64,000 nucleotides of DNA from Phycisphaerales bacterium (lineage in GTDB: Bacteria; Planctomycetota; Phycisphaerae; Phycisphaerales; SM1A02). How positions within the stretch are numbered: position 1 is the stretch's first letter; each line of letters starts with the position of its first letter. Of this stretch, positions 9,374-17,943 are shown one piece after another. Below the pieces are notes generated by a model. The model was not told the DNA's origin. It did not search any database and saw only the letters and a list, made by a program, of their open reading frames with translations. The stretch spans positions 2,161-66,160 of the forward strand of contig VEQS01000001.1 in assembly GCA_018883105.1 (NCBI GenBank). Direction: 5' to 3'. The translations under genes were made by a program, and so were the position numbers.

Positions 9374-11487
9374 GGCTTCTCCTCCTTGGCGGGCGGCGGC
9401 AGTCCCGGCTGGTCGGGCAGCGGCAGCGGGTCGTACGGGCGGTAGTCGTCGTCCACCGGGGGCGGCACGTCCTTGGCGAGATCCGCCGGCGACGGCGGGC
9501 CCACCCAGCCCTTCGAGTACTTGAACGTGTCGGAGAGCGGCACGCCGTTCTGCGGCTCGCGCTGGCGCGGGTCGAGGAGCTCGAGCGCGTCGAGCTCGTG
9601 GCCGTAGCCGGCCTTGCGGTCGGTGCGGATCGACTCGCGCAGCGCGATCATCGAGGGCGAGTTCTTCTGCGTCCGCAGTGCCTGGTCGACGTAGTAGAGC
9701 GCGGTGGATCGGTCGCCCTTCTTCCATGCCTCGAGCGCCTGCACCTGGTAGTTGCCGGCGAGGTGCGACTCGGAGAACGGAAGCAGCCCCGCGCGCCCGC
9801 CGACCTTGGCGGCCTCGGCCACCTGGAGCGCCTTCTCGCCGTCGCGGTAGTCCTGCGCGTCCTCGATGACGGTGGGCGTGATCAGGAAGATGATCTCCTG
9901 CTTCTTCATCTGGCCCGATGCGCCGCTGAAGGCACCGGGGATGAGGTCGCCGAGGCCGGGGATCTGGCGGTTGGTCACCACCGACGTCTCGCGGAAGAGG
10001 CCGCCGAGGACGATGGTCTGGCCGCTCCGGACTCGGATGTTGGTGCGCAGCTCCTGGGTCAGCTCGTCGGGCACGGTGGCCTCGCCGCCGACCGCCTTGA
10101 TGGTCTTGGTCTTCGCCGTGCTCACCTGCGGCGCGAGCTCGATGCGCACCATGCCGTCCGGGCTCACGAACGGGCGGAAGCGCAGCTTGACGCCGACGTC
10201 GAGGTACTTCACCTCCTGCGTCGTGCTGGTCTGCGTCTGCGTCGTGGAGAGGTAGGCGATCCGCTCGCCGATCAGCACCTGCGCGCGCTGGCGGTTCAGG
10301 ACCGTGACGGTCGGGCGCGCGAGCACCGTGCTGTCGGTGACCTCGTCGAGCATCTGCAGGAAGATGGCGACGTCGTTCGTCACCACGCCGATCTTCGCGG
10401 TGGGGTCCGGCTGTCCCTGGGCCACCGGGTAGAGCGACGCCGCGTTGGCGGTCGAGGGGGTGGACGTCGTGACCGGCGTCGGCGTGGCGCCGCGCGTGGT
10501 CAGGTCGTTGCGGCGCACCGCCTCGAAGGCACCCATGGGGCCGCCGACGACGTTGGCGAAGTCGACGTTTCCGACCACCGAGATGTCCAGGCCGAAGGCC
10601 GTGTCGTCGGTGAGGTCCACGGTGAGGATGGTGGCCTCGACGCGCACCTGCTTGGGCGGCGTGTCGAGCTCCTCGATGAGCTTCGCGGCGCGGGCCACGT
10701 TCTCGCCGAAGTCGTTCACCATGACCTTCGCGGCGAAGGCAAAGCTGTCGGCGCCGCCGTCCTCGACGGTGGCCTCGAAGCCGGCCTCGACCTTCCCGAG
10801 CGCCACGGCCGATCCCTGCTCGGACAGCACCGGCTTGATGAAGGCGATGGTGTCCTCGGCGGAGAGGAACTGGAGCGTGAAGACGCGCGCCTCTCGGCCG
10901 CGCTGCGCGTCCACCTCGGCCTGGGTGAGCACGTAGATGAAGTCACCCTCGCGCTTCCATGCGAGCCCGTTCACGTTGAGGACGGCGTTGAGCGCCTCCT
11001 CGAGCGGAACGTCGTACAGGTTCACCGTCACGAGTCCGGTCACCTTGTCGCTCGCCACGATGTTCTGGCGCGCCCGGATCGAGATGAGCTCGAGGAGCCG
11101 AGCCACCTCGATGCCCTGGGCGCTCAGCGAGAAGCGCCCGTCCTCGGTGACGTCGACGCGCGCGGGCGCGGCGGGCTTCGCCGCGGGCGCCTGGGCCGCC
11201 GCATTCGTCGCGGCGCCGGGGCTGCCGGGGCCGGCAAGCGGCGTCGACACGCCGCCCTGCGCGGCATTCGGGCCGGGCACGCCCCAGACGCCGCTCCTCG
11301 GTTCAACGGTGGCAGGTGACTCGGCGGGCTCTGCGGCGGCGGGCGGGGCGTCGGACTTCGCCGGCGCGGCGGGCGGGGCCGGCGGCACCGGCGGTGCGGG
11401 CGCCTGCGCCATCGCGGCGCCGTGCAACGACGCCAGCACGACGATCGACGCGCGGATCCGGCGGATGATGTCCAGGGTGGCCTGCAT
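9370..11487 (-). CDS. Secretin (GspD/PilQ family outer-membrane channel)
   Basis: N-domain (LLELISIRARQNIVASDKVTGLVTVNLYDVPLEEALNAVL), secretin core (VLARPTVTVLNRQRAQVLIGE...IPGLGDLIP....KKQEIIFLITPTVI). Start chosen at ATG 11487, which has AAGGA 8 nt upstream; the ORF-track start is 11508. Confidence 0.9.
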   Translation of the reverse strand: MQATLDIIRRIRASIVVLASLHGAAMAQAPAPPVPPAPPAAPAKSDAPPAAAEPAESPATVEPRSGVWGVPGPNAAQGGVSTPLAGPGSPGAATNAAAQAPAAKPAAPARVDVTEDGRFSLSAQGIEVARLLELISIRARQNIVASDKVTGLVTVNLYDVPLEEALNAVLNVNGLAWKREGDFIYVLTQAEVDAQRGREARVFTLQFLSAEDTIAFIKPVLSEQGSAVALGKVEAGFEATVEDGGADSFAFAAKVMVNDFGENVARAAKLIEELDTPPKQVRVEATILTVDLTDDTAFGLDISVVGNVDFANVVGGPMGAFEAVRRNDLTTRGATPTPVTTSTPSTANAASLYPVAQGQPDPTAKIGVVTNDVAIFLQMLDEVTDSTVLARPTVTVLNRQRAQVLIGERIAYLSTTQTQTSTTQEVKYLDVGVKLRFRPFVSPDGMVRIELAPQVSTAKTKTIKAVGGEATVPDELTQELRTNIRVRSGQTIVLGGLFRETSVVTNRQIPGLGDLIPGAFSGASGQMKKQEIIFLITPTVIEDAQDYRDGEKALQVAEAAKVGGRAGLLPFSESHLAGNYQVQALEAWKKGDRSTALYYVDQALRTQKNSPSMIALRESIRTDRKAGYGHELDALELLDPRQREPQNGVPLSDTFKYSKGWVGPPSPADLAKDVPPPVDDDYRPYDPLPLPDQPGLPPPAKEEKP

Positions 11488-11532
11488 GCTCGGTTCCTTT
11501 CGGCGCAATCCGGGAACGACTTGGGCCGGAGT

Positions 11533-12027
11533 TCAGAGAGGTCGATAAACGACGGCGTGGTCGCCATCCAGGGGATCAAAGGTGATGGTGGCGCGCTCGT
11601 CTGCGCCGTCCACCGCGAGGTCGAAGGCGGGCACGGGGTCCATCACCCCGCCGAACGGCCCGAATCGTGCGTCACGAATCGAGCCGCGCCACCGGATGCG
11701 CACGCCCGTGGCCGCCGACGCACGCCCCTCGCCGAAGCGCACGGTCACCGGGCCATTGGGTCCGTCGATCGGGACGTCCGGCGTCGAGGCACGTGCGATC
11801 CAGTAGCCACGGCCGTCGGCGGCAGGCCGGAACAGCACGGGATCCGCCGGCGTCGCCAGCGCCCGGCCGCGCGCGAGCGCAAGGTCGGCGTCGATGAAGC
11901 GCGACGCGGCATCCATCCGCTCGTACGCGCCGCCGCCGGCAAGGTCGACCGCCAGGCCCGCGATCACCGCGATCATCACGGCGACCACCAGCACCTCGAC
12001 GAGCGTGAACCCGCGCGCCCGGGTCAT
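11533..12027 (-). CDS. Minor pseudopilin (GspH-like), prepilin-type N-terminus
   Basis: MTRARG|FTLVEVLVVAVMIAVIAGLAV class III signal with Glu+5. ATG 12027 overlaps the upstream stop as ATGA. Confidence 0.75.
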   Translation of the reverse strand: MTRARGFTLVEVLVVAVMIAVIAGLAVDLAGGGAYERMDAASRFIDADLALARGRALATPADPVLFRPAADGRGYWIARASTPDVPIDGPNGPVTVRFGEGRASAATGVRIRWRGSIRDARFGPFGGVMDPVPAFDLAVDGADERATITFDPLDGDHAVVYRPL

Positions 12028-13643
12028 CGCGCCGCCTCCGCATCGAAGCCGTAGGACAGGACGCGCACCGGGAACATGTCCTCCGGATCGCCGCCGCGCG
12101 ACGGCGCACCCCCCTCGGTGAAGCCGGTCACCAGGTCGAGCGCATGGTCGTAGTAGAAGCTCGCCGTGTCGTAGACCAGCAGGTGGTTGCAGGCCACGCG
12201 GCCGTAGAGCTGCGAGCGCCCGAACATCCGGATCGGGTTCGTGGGCAGGAACATCGAGCCGACCATCGCGGTGTCGCGGACGTCCCAGAGGAAGAAGTTC
12301 GAGAGGAACTGGCGCATCGGGTAGATGCGCACCCGCCACGGCTCGACGTACTGGGGCGACGATGGCGGGTACGGGAAGCAGTCGTTGGTCGTGAAGCGGC
12401 CGAACCAGGCGTCACGGTGCGGGTCGCCGTCCACCAGCTGGCCGTTGCACACGTACTGGTGGCGCGAGCCGATCCAGCAGTTGCGCACGTCCATCGAGTA
12501 GCCGTTGAAGATCTCCAGGCTGCTGTTCGGGCCGAGCTCGACCGACGATCCCTGCCAGTCGAGTCCGGTGAGCGCCAGGTTCGGGTTGATCACGAAGCGC
12601 ACGTCGCCGTTGACGATGATGCGCGCGTCGCGCAGCACCCACGACCCCCAGACCTCGTAGGTCCCGGCGTTGAGCGTCACCGTGGCGCCTGACCGCACCT
12701 CGAAGTTGCGCGTGAAGAGCTGGGGCAGGAATGCGGCACGCACGCGGAATGGGGTGAGCGTGCGGGTTCCCCCGTTGATGACGAAGTGGCTCGTGTAGTT
12801 CGTGAACGGGCTCACGACACCCGGGTTGGCCGGCGCATCTCGCATGCGGGCCGAGTCCTCGGGGTCCATGCGCTTGGCGGCCACCTGCCCCGCGTCGGCG
12901 CCCTGCACCACGATGCCGGACGCGGTCGCCGGGTAGTAGATCCACGTCGGCTTCGCGCTGTCCGGGTCGGCCGGGTCCACGCCGGCCACCTCGGGCTCGA
13001 ACTCGCATCCGCCCTCGAGCCAGATGCCCGTGCCGAGCCACGGGAACAGCGTGCTGAGCGCCGCCAGGTCGGCCTGCGTGCCGATGTTGGTGCGCAGCTT
13101 CATGGCGCTCATCGGCGCGTTCGGCCAGCGGCCGATGAAGTTGCGGCCGCCGTCGACGATCATGATCCTGTTGGCGAAGATCGCGTACTCCGCCTTCACC
13201 ACGCTCGGAATGCTCATGTGCGCCACGGACGTCCACGTCGCGCCGCCGCGCGCGCTGGAGACGGTGACCTCCAGCTCGGTGGTCGAGTCGTCCGGGTTGG
13301 CGGCCGCACCCGTGGCGCCGGCCGCGCGCTTCTCAAGGTCGACGAGCCGCACGCCCACGGTGCCTCCGTCGAGGGCATAGTCGCGCACCAGCCAGCCGTC
13401 CTGGTGGTTCCGGCGCCACTGGGTCTCGCCCGTGCGCAGGAGCTGCTTGGCAAGGTCCATGCCGGCGGCCGCGAGCGTGCGCGCGTCGGCGCCGAGCACG
13501 GCGTTCGAGGCGATGGCCGCGGACGTGTCGCGGCTGGCGACGTAGGCGAGCGTCGAGGTGCCCACCACCATCATGGCGAAGAGCGCCATGAGGAGCGCGG
13601 CGCCGCGGCGTACCGGGCGGTGACGACGCGAGCGCGCGGTCAC
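12024..13643 (-). CDS. Large minor-pseudopilin-like protein in GspK/PilX position (no Glu+5)
   Basis: GTG 13643 overlaps the upstream stop as GTGA. N-terminus RRGAALLMALFAMMVVGTSTLAYV resembles GspK/PilX-type anchors without Glu5. It is followed by about 480 aa of unassigned, probably beta-rich sequence. Confidence 0.6.
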   Translation of the reverse strand: MTARSRRHRPVRRGAALLMALFAMMVVGTSTLAYVASRDTSAAIASNAVLGADARTLAAAGMDLAKQLLRTGETQWRRNHQDGWLVRDYALDGGTVGVRLVDLEKRAAGATGAAANPDDSTTELEVTVSSARGGATWTSVAHMSIPSVVKAEYAIFANRIMIVDGGRNFIGRWPNAPMSAMKLRTNIGTQADLAALSTLFPWLGTGIWLEGGCEFEPEVAGVDPADPDSAKPTWIYYPATASGIVVQGADAGQVAAKRMDPEDSARMRDAPANPGVVSPFTNYTSHFVINGGTRTLTPFRVRAAFLPQLFTRNFEVRSGATVTLNAGTYEVWGSWVLRDARIIVNGDVRFVINPNLALTGLDWQGSSVELGPNSSLEIFNGYSMDVRNCWIGSRHQYVCNGQLVDGDPHRDAWFGRFTTNDCFPYPPSSPQYVEPWRVRIYPMRQFLSNFFLWDVRDTAMVGSMFLPTNPIRMFGRSQLYGRVACNHLLVYDTASFYYDHALDLVTGFTEGGAPSRGGDPEDMFPVRVLSYGFDAEAAR

Positions 13644-14272
13644 TGGCAGCCCCCGTGGCGCTGCAGCGCCGAGAGGACCCCGCCGAAGAGGAGTTCCCCT
13701 CCGCCGCTGCCGGCATCGAGCTCGACGCGCAGCCACAGCCGGCGGTCCGAGCACGGGTCGAACCCGTCGGCGACGAACTCCGCGTCCTGAACGCCCTCCA
13801 GCACCACCGAGCGTTCCAGCGCCCCGGCGGCGGCCAGGGTGGTGCGCAGCGCCGGCCAGTCGGTCGAGAGGCCGCATGCCGTGCGGTCGTTTCGGTTCGC
13901 GGTGCGCTGCATCACCAGGCACCGCGAGGTGCGGTCGAAGACGTACCAGCGCAGCTCGTTGCGGTCGATGCGGTCGAAGTCGTTGGCGTTCGAGGCGGAG
14001 CCGTCGAAGGCCTCGGCCGGCAGCCAGAGGAGCGCCTCGTCGCCGGCATGGTGCAGGATCATGCGCGCACGGAAGAGGTGGTCGGCGATGCGGGCCTGGA
14101 CCCGCGCCACGCGCGCGGTCTCGCGCGATGCCTCCGCCTGGCCGTCGAGGCCGACGCGGATCGCGGACGCCGTGGTCACCACGGCCGCCGCGACGATCGA
14201 CGTGACGGCCAGCGCCGCCAGAAGCTCGACGATGGTGAGGCCGCGCCGGAAACTGGTCGCGCGCCGGATCAC
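13640..14272 (-). CDS. Minor pseudopilin (GspJ-like), prepilin-type N-terminus
   Basis: VIRRATSFRRG|LTIVELLAALAVTSIVAAAVV with Glu+5. GTG 14272 overlaps the upstream stop as GTGA. Confidence 0.7.
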   Translation of the reverse strand: MIRRATSFRRGLTIVELLAALAVTSIVAAAVVTTASAIRVGLDGQAEASRETARVARVQARIADHLFRARMILHHAGDEALLWLPAEAFDGSASNANDFDRIDRNELRWYVFDRTSRCLVMQRTANRNDRTACGLSTDWPALRTTLAAAGALERSVVLEGVQDAEFVADGFDPCSDRRLWLRVELDAGSGGGELLFGGVLSALQRHGGCQ

Positions 14273-14778
14273 GTCTGCGGATCCTTCCCGCGGAAGCGGA
14301 CGAGCCGGGCGAGCGCGGCGCCGTCGGCGCCACGCACCTCGACGGTGATGCGGCGGCCCTCCAGCACGAAGTTGTTCAGCTGCGGGAACGAGCGGTTCTC
14401 GCCTTCCACCACGGTCACGACCGTGAGTCCCGACGCCGCCGCCGGCAGCGGCACGCGCGTCCCGCTTCCCGGCACCGGGGGCGAGCGCAGCGATGCGCCG
14501 GTGACCGTGCCTGCGAGCGACGCCATGTCGGCGAACGGCTGCTCGAGCACCTCGCTCATGCGCAGCTCGGCCACCTGGGTGGCGAGCACCGCGCGGCGGT
14601 TGTCCTCCTCGACGGCGATGCCCACCGCCACGGACGTGGAGGCGGCCAAGGCCACCATCGCCACGATGACCGAGGCGACGAGCGCCTCGATCAAGGTGAA
14701 GGCCGCGCGCGGCGCGCGGGCGTGGCGGAGCAGGCGGAACTGGCCCGATTCGGAACCCATCGTTGCAGGAGCAACCAT
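14269..14778 (-). CDS. Minor pseudopilin (GspI-like), prepilin-type N-terminus
   Basis: ...APRAA|FTLIEALVASVIVAMVALAAS with Glu+5, and a small size typical of GspI. The start is ambiguous: ATG 14778 or ATG 14760. Confidence 0.65.
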   Translation of the reverse strand: MVAPATMGSESGQFRLLRHARAPRAAFTLIEALVASVIVAMVALAASTSVAVGIAVEEDNRRAVLATQVAELRMSEVLEQPFADMASLAGTVTGASLRSPPVPGSGTRVPLPAAASGLTVVTVVEGENRSFPQLNNFVLEGRRITVEVRGADGAALARLVRFRGKDPQT

Positions 14779-14998
14779 CGGATTGCCGTGGGCGCTCCAC
14801 AAGCGATGTGCGGCATTTCGGACCCGGCCGCCGTTATGGGCCCGGCATTTTGTGATCGAAATCCGCCTGATTGCTTCAGTCGCGCATCGCCATTTCCGAC
14901 AGTCACTTCCGGCCGGTCGGGCATGTGCCCGGCCAACGACTGGGCCAGGACAGCCCGACCCGCCACGCACTCAACCAGCAACGCAAGGAGTCCCGACC
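14779..14998. promoter_or_regulatory. Divergent promoter region between the minor-pseudopilin/secretin operon and the major-pseudopilin operon
   Basis: 220 bp non-coding gap between divergently oriented first genes, visibly less GC-rich than the flanks. No specific promoter motif could be assigned. Confidence 0.35.
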
Positions 14999-15445
14999 AT
15001 GAGCAACGGCAGCAACAACGGCAACAACGGCACGACCACCACCACGACGACCACGTGGAACGGCAGCAAGACGACCGCGAAGAACGTCAGGAAGTCCGGC
15101 TTCCGCAAGGGCTTCACCCTGATCGAGATCCTGATCGTCGTCGTCATCCTGGGCGTGCTCGCGGCGCTCGTGGTTCCGTCGGTGACCGGCGCGCTCGACG
15201 ACGCCAACGTCGAGGCGGCCGAGGCCCGCGGCGGGCAGATCACCACCATGGTGACCCGCCTCAACCAGTTCCAGCCCGGTGGCGCGTCGATCACGCTGAC
15301 CGACGGCACGGTCTACACGTCGACCGACCTGGCCCCGCTCGTGACCGCCGGCTACTGCTCGGCCGACGACCTGGTGAATCAGGTCAACTCGGGCAACGGC
15401 TGGGTCTGGACGGCCAGCACCCGCCGCTTCACGCCGGAGAACTGA
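14999..15445 (+). CDS. Major pseudopilin/pilin (GspG/PilA-like) with a 38-residue leader
   Basis: AAGGAG RBS at 14985-14990, 8 nt before ATG 14999. Class III signal ...RKG|FTLIEILIVVVILGVLAALVVP. Only the last 148 codons of ORF 13655..15445 are genic. Confidence 0.85.
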   Translation: MSNGSNNGNNGTTTTTTTTWNGSKTTAKNVRKSGFRKGFTLIEILIVVVILGVLAALVVPSVTGALDDANVEAAEARGGQITTMVTRLNQFQPGGASITLTDGTVYTSTDLAPLVTAGYCSADDLVNQVNSGNGWVWTASTRRFTPEN

Positions 15446-15491
15446 GCGGCGACGCTCCCCTGCGCCACGTAGGCCGCAGGGCACGAAATCC

Positions 15492-15526
15492 GGTGGCGCC
15501 GGCTGAAGGGCCGGCGCCACCTTTCC
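15492..15526 (+). terminator. Intrinsic terminator/attenuator after the major pseudopilin gene
   Basis: Perfect 12-bp GC stem, GGTGGCGCCGGC (15492-15503) and GCCGGCGCCACC (15510-15521), with a 6-nt loop, followed by TTTCC. Confidence 0.6.
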
Positions 15527-15551
15527 GACGAACGGGATGAAGGAGGCAATG

Positions 15552-16694
15552 ATGTTCGGTTCCAAGTCCCTCAACCGCACCGCCGCCTGGATGTCCGGAA
15601 GCGGCACCGCACTCGCCGCGGACTTCGGGCGCACCACCCTGCGGCTGCTCCAGCTCGCGAACGGCGCACGCGGCTACGAGTGCCGCGCCGCCGCCGAGGT
15701 CGCGGGCACGCCGCTCGAGGACACGACCGCCGTCGCGGCGACCCCGACCGTGATCGGGAAGACCGCCGCCGACGAGCTCAGGGCCCTGCCCTTCTCCGGC
15801 ACCAGCGCTGCCGTCACCCTTCCGGCCGAGCTCTTCCAGTCGGACATCGCCCGGATGCCGGCCATGCCGGACGGCGAGCTCGCCGAGAGCATCCGCTTCG
15901 AGGCGATGGACCGCTTCTCGGTGTCCGCGGAGTCGTCGTGCATCGGGCACGTCCGCCTCGGTGCCACCGCGGGCGGCAGCATCGAGGTGCTCATGCTCTC
16001 GGTGGCACGCGACGCGGTCGACCGCGCGACCCGAACGCTTTCGCGCGCCGGGCTCGCCCCGGTCCGCGTCGAGCACGCGGGCCTGGCGGCGCTGCGCGCG
16101 ATCTCGCGACAGCGCGCCGCCGAATGCACCGATCCCGCCGATGCGCGTGACTGGTGCATGCTGCACCTCGAGGACCGAGCCGCCACGCTGGCCGTGGTGC
16201 GCGACGGGAACCTCGCCTTCTTCCGCACCGTGCGCGGCGACTGGTCGCCGACCGCCGCCCCGGCGGCGCCGACGCATGCCGGCGGCATGACCACCATGCT
16301 GCGGCTCGCCGACGAGCCGATCCCGCTCGAGGACACCGATGCCGGCCCGACCGGCTGGCGGTGGTGCTCGCTCGCCGAGGAGTCGCTTCGATGCCTGCGC
16401 CACTTCCAGCGCGCGGCGTCGAACTGGTGGCCGCGTGCGATCGTCCTGACCGGGCCTGCCGCGGTCGATCCGCAGGCAGCGGCCACCGTCGAGAGCGTCT
16501 GCGGCGCACCGACGTCGCTTGCCGTGCCGATCCGCCTGCTCGAGTCACCCGACACGTGCATCCACGGCAACGCCTGGGTCGCGGCGATCGGCGCCGCCTG
16601 CGCGGGGCTGCCCGCGCTGCGGCCGGCCGGCCGGCCGGCCATGGCGGCCACGTCGCCGGCATCCCGCACCACGTCCAAGGTGGCCGCGGCATGA
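15552..16694 (+). CDS. PilM-like actin-fold pilus/secretion assembly ATPase-like protein
   Basis: About 380 aa cytoplasmic protein. N-terminal FGR..L.L.QL motif region and its position before PilN/O-like genes fit PilM. AGGAGG at 15541-15546 favours ATG 15549/15552 over the ORF-track ATG 15537. Confidence 0.7.
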   Translation: MFGSKSLNRTAAWMSGSGTALAADFGRTTLRLLQLANGARGYECRAAAEVAGTPLEDTTAVAATPTVIGKTAADELRALPFSGTSAAVTLPAELFQSDIARMPAMPDGELAESIRFEAMDRFSVSAESSCIGHVRLGATAGGSIEVLMLSVARDAVDRATRTLSRAGLAPVRVEHAGLAALRAISRQRAAECTDPADARDWCMLHLEDRAATLAVVRDGNLAFFRTVRGDWSPTAAPAAPTHAGGMTTMLRLADEPIPLEDTDAGPTGWRWCSLAEESLRCLRHFQRAASNWWPRAIVLTGPAAVDPQAAATVESVCGAPTSLAVPIRLLESPDTCIHGNAWVAAIGAACAGLPALRPAGRPAMAATSPASRTTSKVAAA

Positions 16695-17287
16695 ACGAGT
16701 TCGTCGTCGATTTCCTGCCCACGGACCTGCGCCGCCGCGGTGCCGCGCTCGGCGCCCGCCGCCGCAGCCTGCTGCTGGTGTCGCTCCTGGGCCTCTGCGT
16801 CGTGGGCGTGTGCGCCCACTCGTGGAACAGCATCCGCGCGGCCGAGCGGCGCCGCGGCGTCTCGCTGGCGCTGGCTGCCAACAGCGGCAAGGTCGATGAC
16901 CTGATCGAGCGCCTGGCCGCGGAGCAGCGCGACCTGTCGACGCGCATCGCCCTGAGCGACCGCCTGGCGCTTCCCGCACAGGCGAGCGACCTGGCCGCGA
17001 CGGTGACCCACCTGCTTCCCGCCCAGGCAAGCCTGTCGCTCCTGCGCATGGAGGTTCGCCCGGAGCGCTGGATCGCCGTCACGATCCGCGGCAGCGCCCG
17101 CAGCAACACCGAGCTCTACGACTTCGAGCGTCGCCTTGCGGCAACCGCGCCGTTCGAGTCGGTCACCGTCTCCGAGAACCAGCCGGTCGACCTGCCGGGC
17201 ATGCGTGTGCAGCAGTTCATGCTGACCTGCCGAGTCCCGATGGACCTTCGCATCGAGCGTGCGCCGGCGGAAGGAAGCTCCCGATGA
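16691..17287 (+). CDS. PilN-like bitopic assembly protein
   Basis: MNEFVVDFLPTDLRRR... then TM LLLVSLLGLCVVGVCA and a coiled-coil. ATGA overlap with pilM-like gene at 16691-16694. Confidence 0.65.
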   Translation: MNEFVVDFLPTDLRRRGAALGARRRSLLLVSLLGLCVVGVCAHSWNSIRAAERRRGVSLALAANSGKVDDLIERLAAEQRDLSTRIALSDRLALPAQASDLAATVTHLLPAQASLSLLRMEVRPERWIAVTIRGSARSNTELYDFERRLAATAPFESVTVSENQPVDLPGMRVQQFMLTCRVPMDLRIERAPAEGSSR

Positions 17288-17943
17288 ACGATCCACGCAC
17301 GTGGCTGGCCGCGGCGTCCCGCGCGGTCCGGTCGCGCATCGACCGCGACGCCATCGCCATGGGCATCGTGCCGGCGGCGGCCGCCGTCGTCGCCACCGCG
17401 CTCTTCGCGGTGCCGAACTACGTGCGCGCCGGAAGCCTGCGCGACGAGACGCAGCGGCTCGAGGCCGTTGCCGGCGAGAACATCGCGCAGCGGAACAACC
17501 TGCTTCGCCTGGAATCCGCGGTGGTCGGCATGCGCCGCGAGTGCGCCGACCGATGCCCGCCGCCCGCCGCCGCCGACGAGCGCGAGGCGTTGCTTGCCGC
17601 CGTGACCCGGACCACCGACGGTGCCGGCGTGCGGACGCAGTCGATCCGCACCGGCAGCCGTTCCGCCCATCCGGAGGCGATCTGCGGCATGCGCCTCTCG
17701 CGCCGCGAGGTGACGGTCGAGATGACGGGGTCGTTCGATGCCGCCTTCGGCGTGCTCGACGCCGCGGAATCGACCGGCCGCCTGGTGACCCCCCGGGTGA
17801 TCGAATTCTCGAGCGCGGCCGGCGCGGACGAACAGGCGATCCTCGGAACCTCGGCCGTGCGTGCCACGTTCGTCTTCGATGAGTGGAGCGAGGCATCGGC
17901 GCCCACGAAAAAGGCCAGCGCACCGGAAGGAGCGCACCGATGA
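17284..17943 (+). CDS. PilO-like bitopic assembly protein
   Basis: Single TM (GIVPAAAAVVATALFAV), then a coiled-coil (RDETQRLEAVAGENIAQRNNLLRLE). ATGA overlap at 17284-17287. Confidence 0.6.
   Translation: MNDPRTWLAAASRAVRSRIDRDAIAMGIVPAAAAVVATALFAVPNYVRAGSLRDETQRLEAVAGENIAQRNNLLRLESAVVGMRRECADRCPPPAAADEREALLAAVTRTTDGAGVRTQSIRTGSRSAHPEAICGMRLSRREVTVEMTGSFDAAFGVLDAAESTGRLVTPRVIEFSSAAGADEQAILGTSAVRATFVFDEWSEASAPTKKASAPEGAHR

Noticed and set aside
13655-14998. The upstream 448 codons of ORF 13655..15445, which would extend the pilin gene to 596 aa.
   Set aside because: That part is antisense to the GspI/J-like genes and looks non-coding. A strong AAGGAG RBS and ATG at 14999 define the real 148-codon gene.
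14800-14998. Sigma-54 promoter upstream of the major pseudopilin, since pilin genes are often RpoN-dependent.
   Set aside because: Candidate strings (TGGGCCCGGCATTTTG, and GCCTGATTGCT) do not keep the GG-N10-GC spacing or the TGGCAC/TTGC cores.
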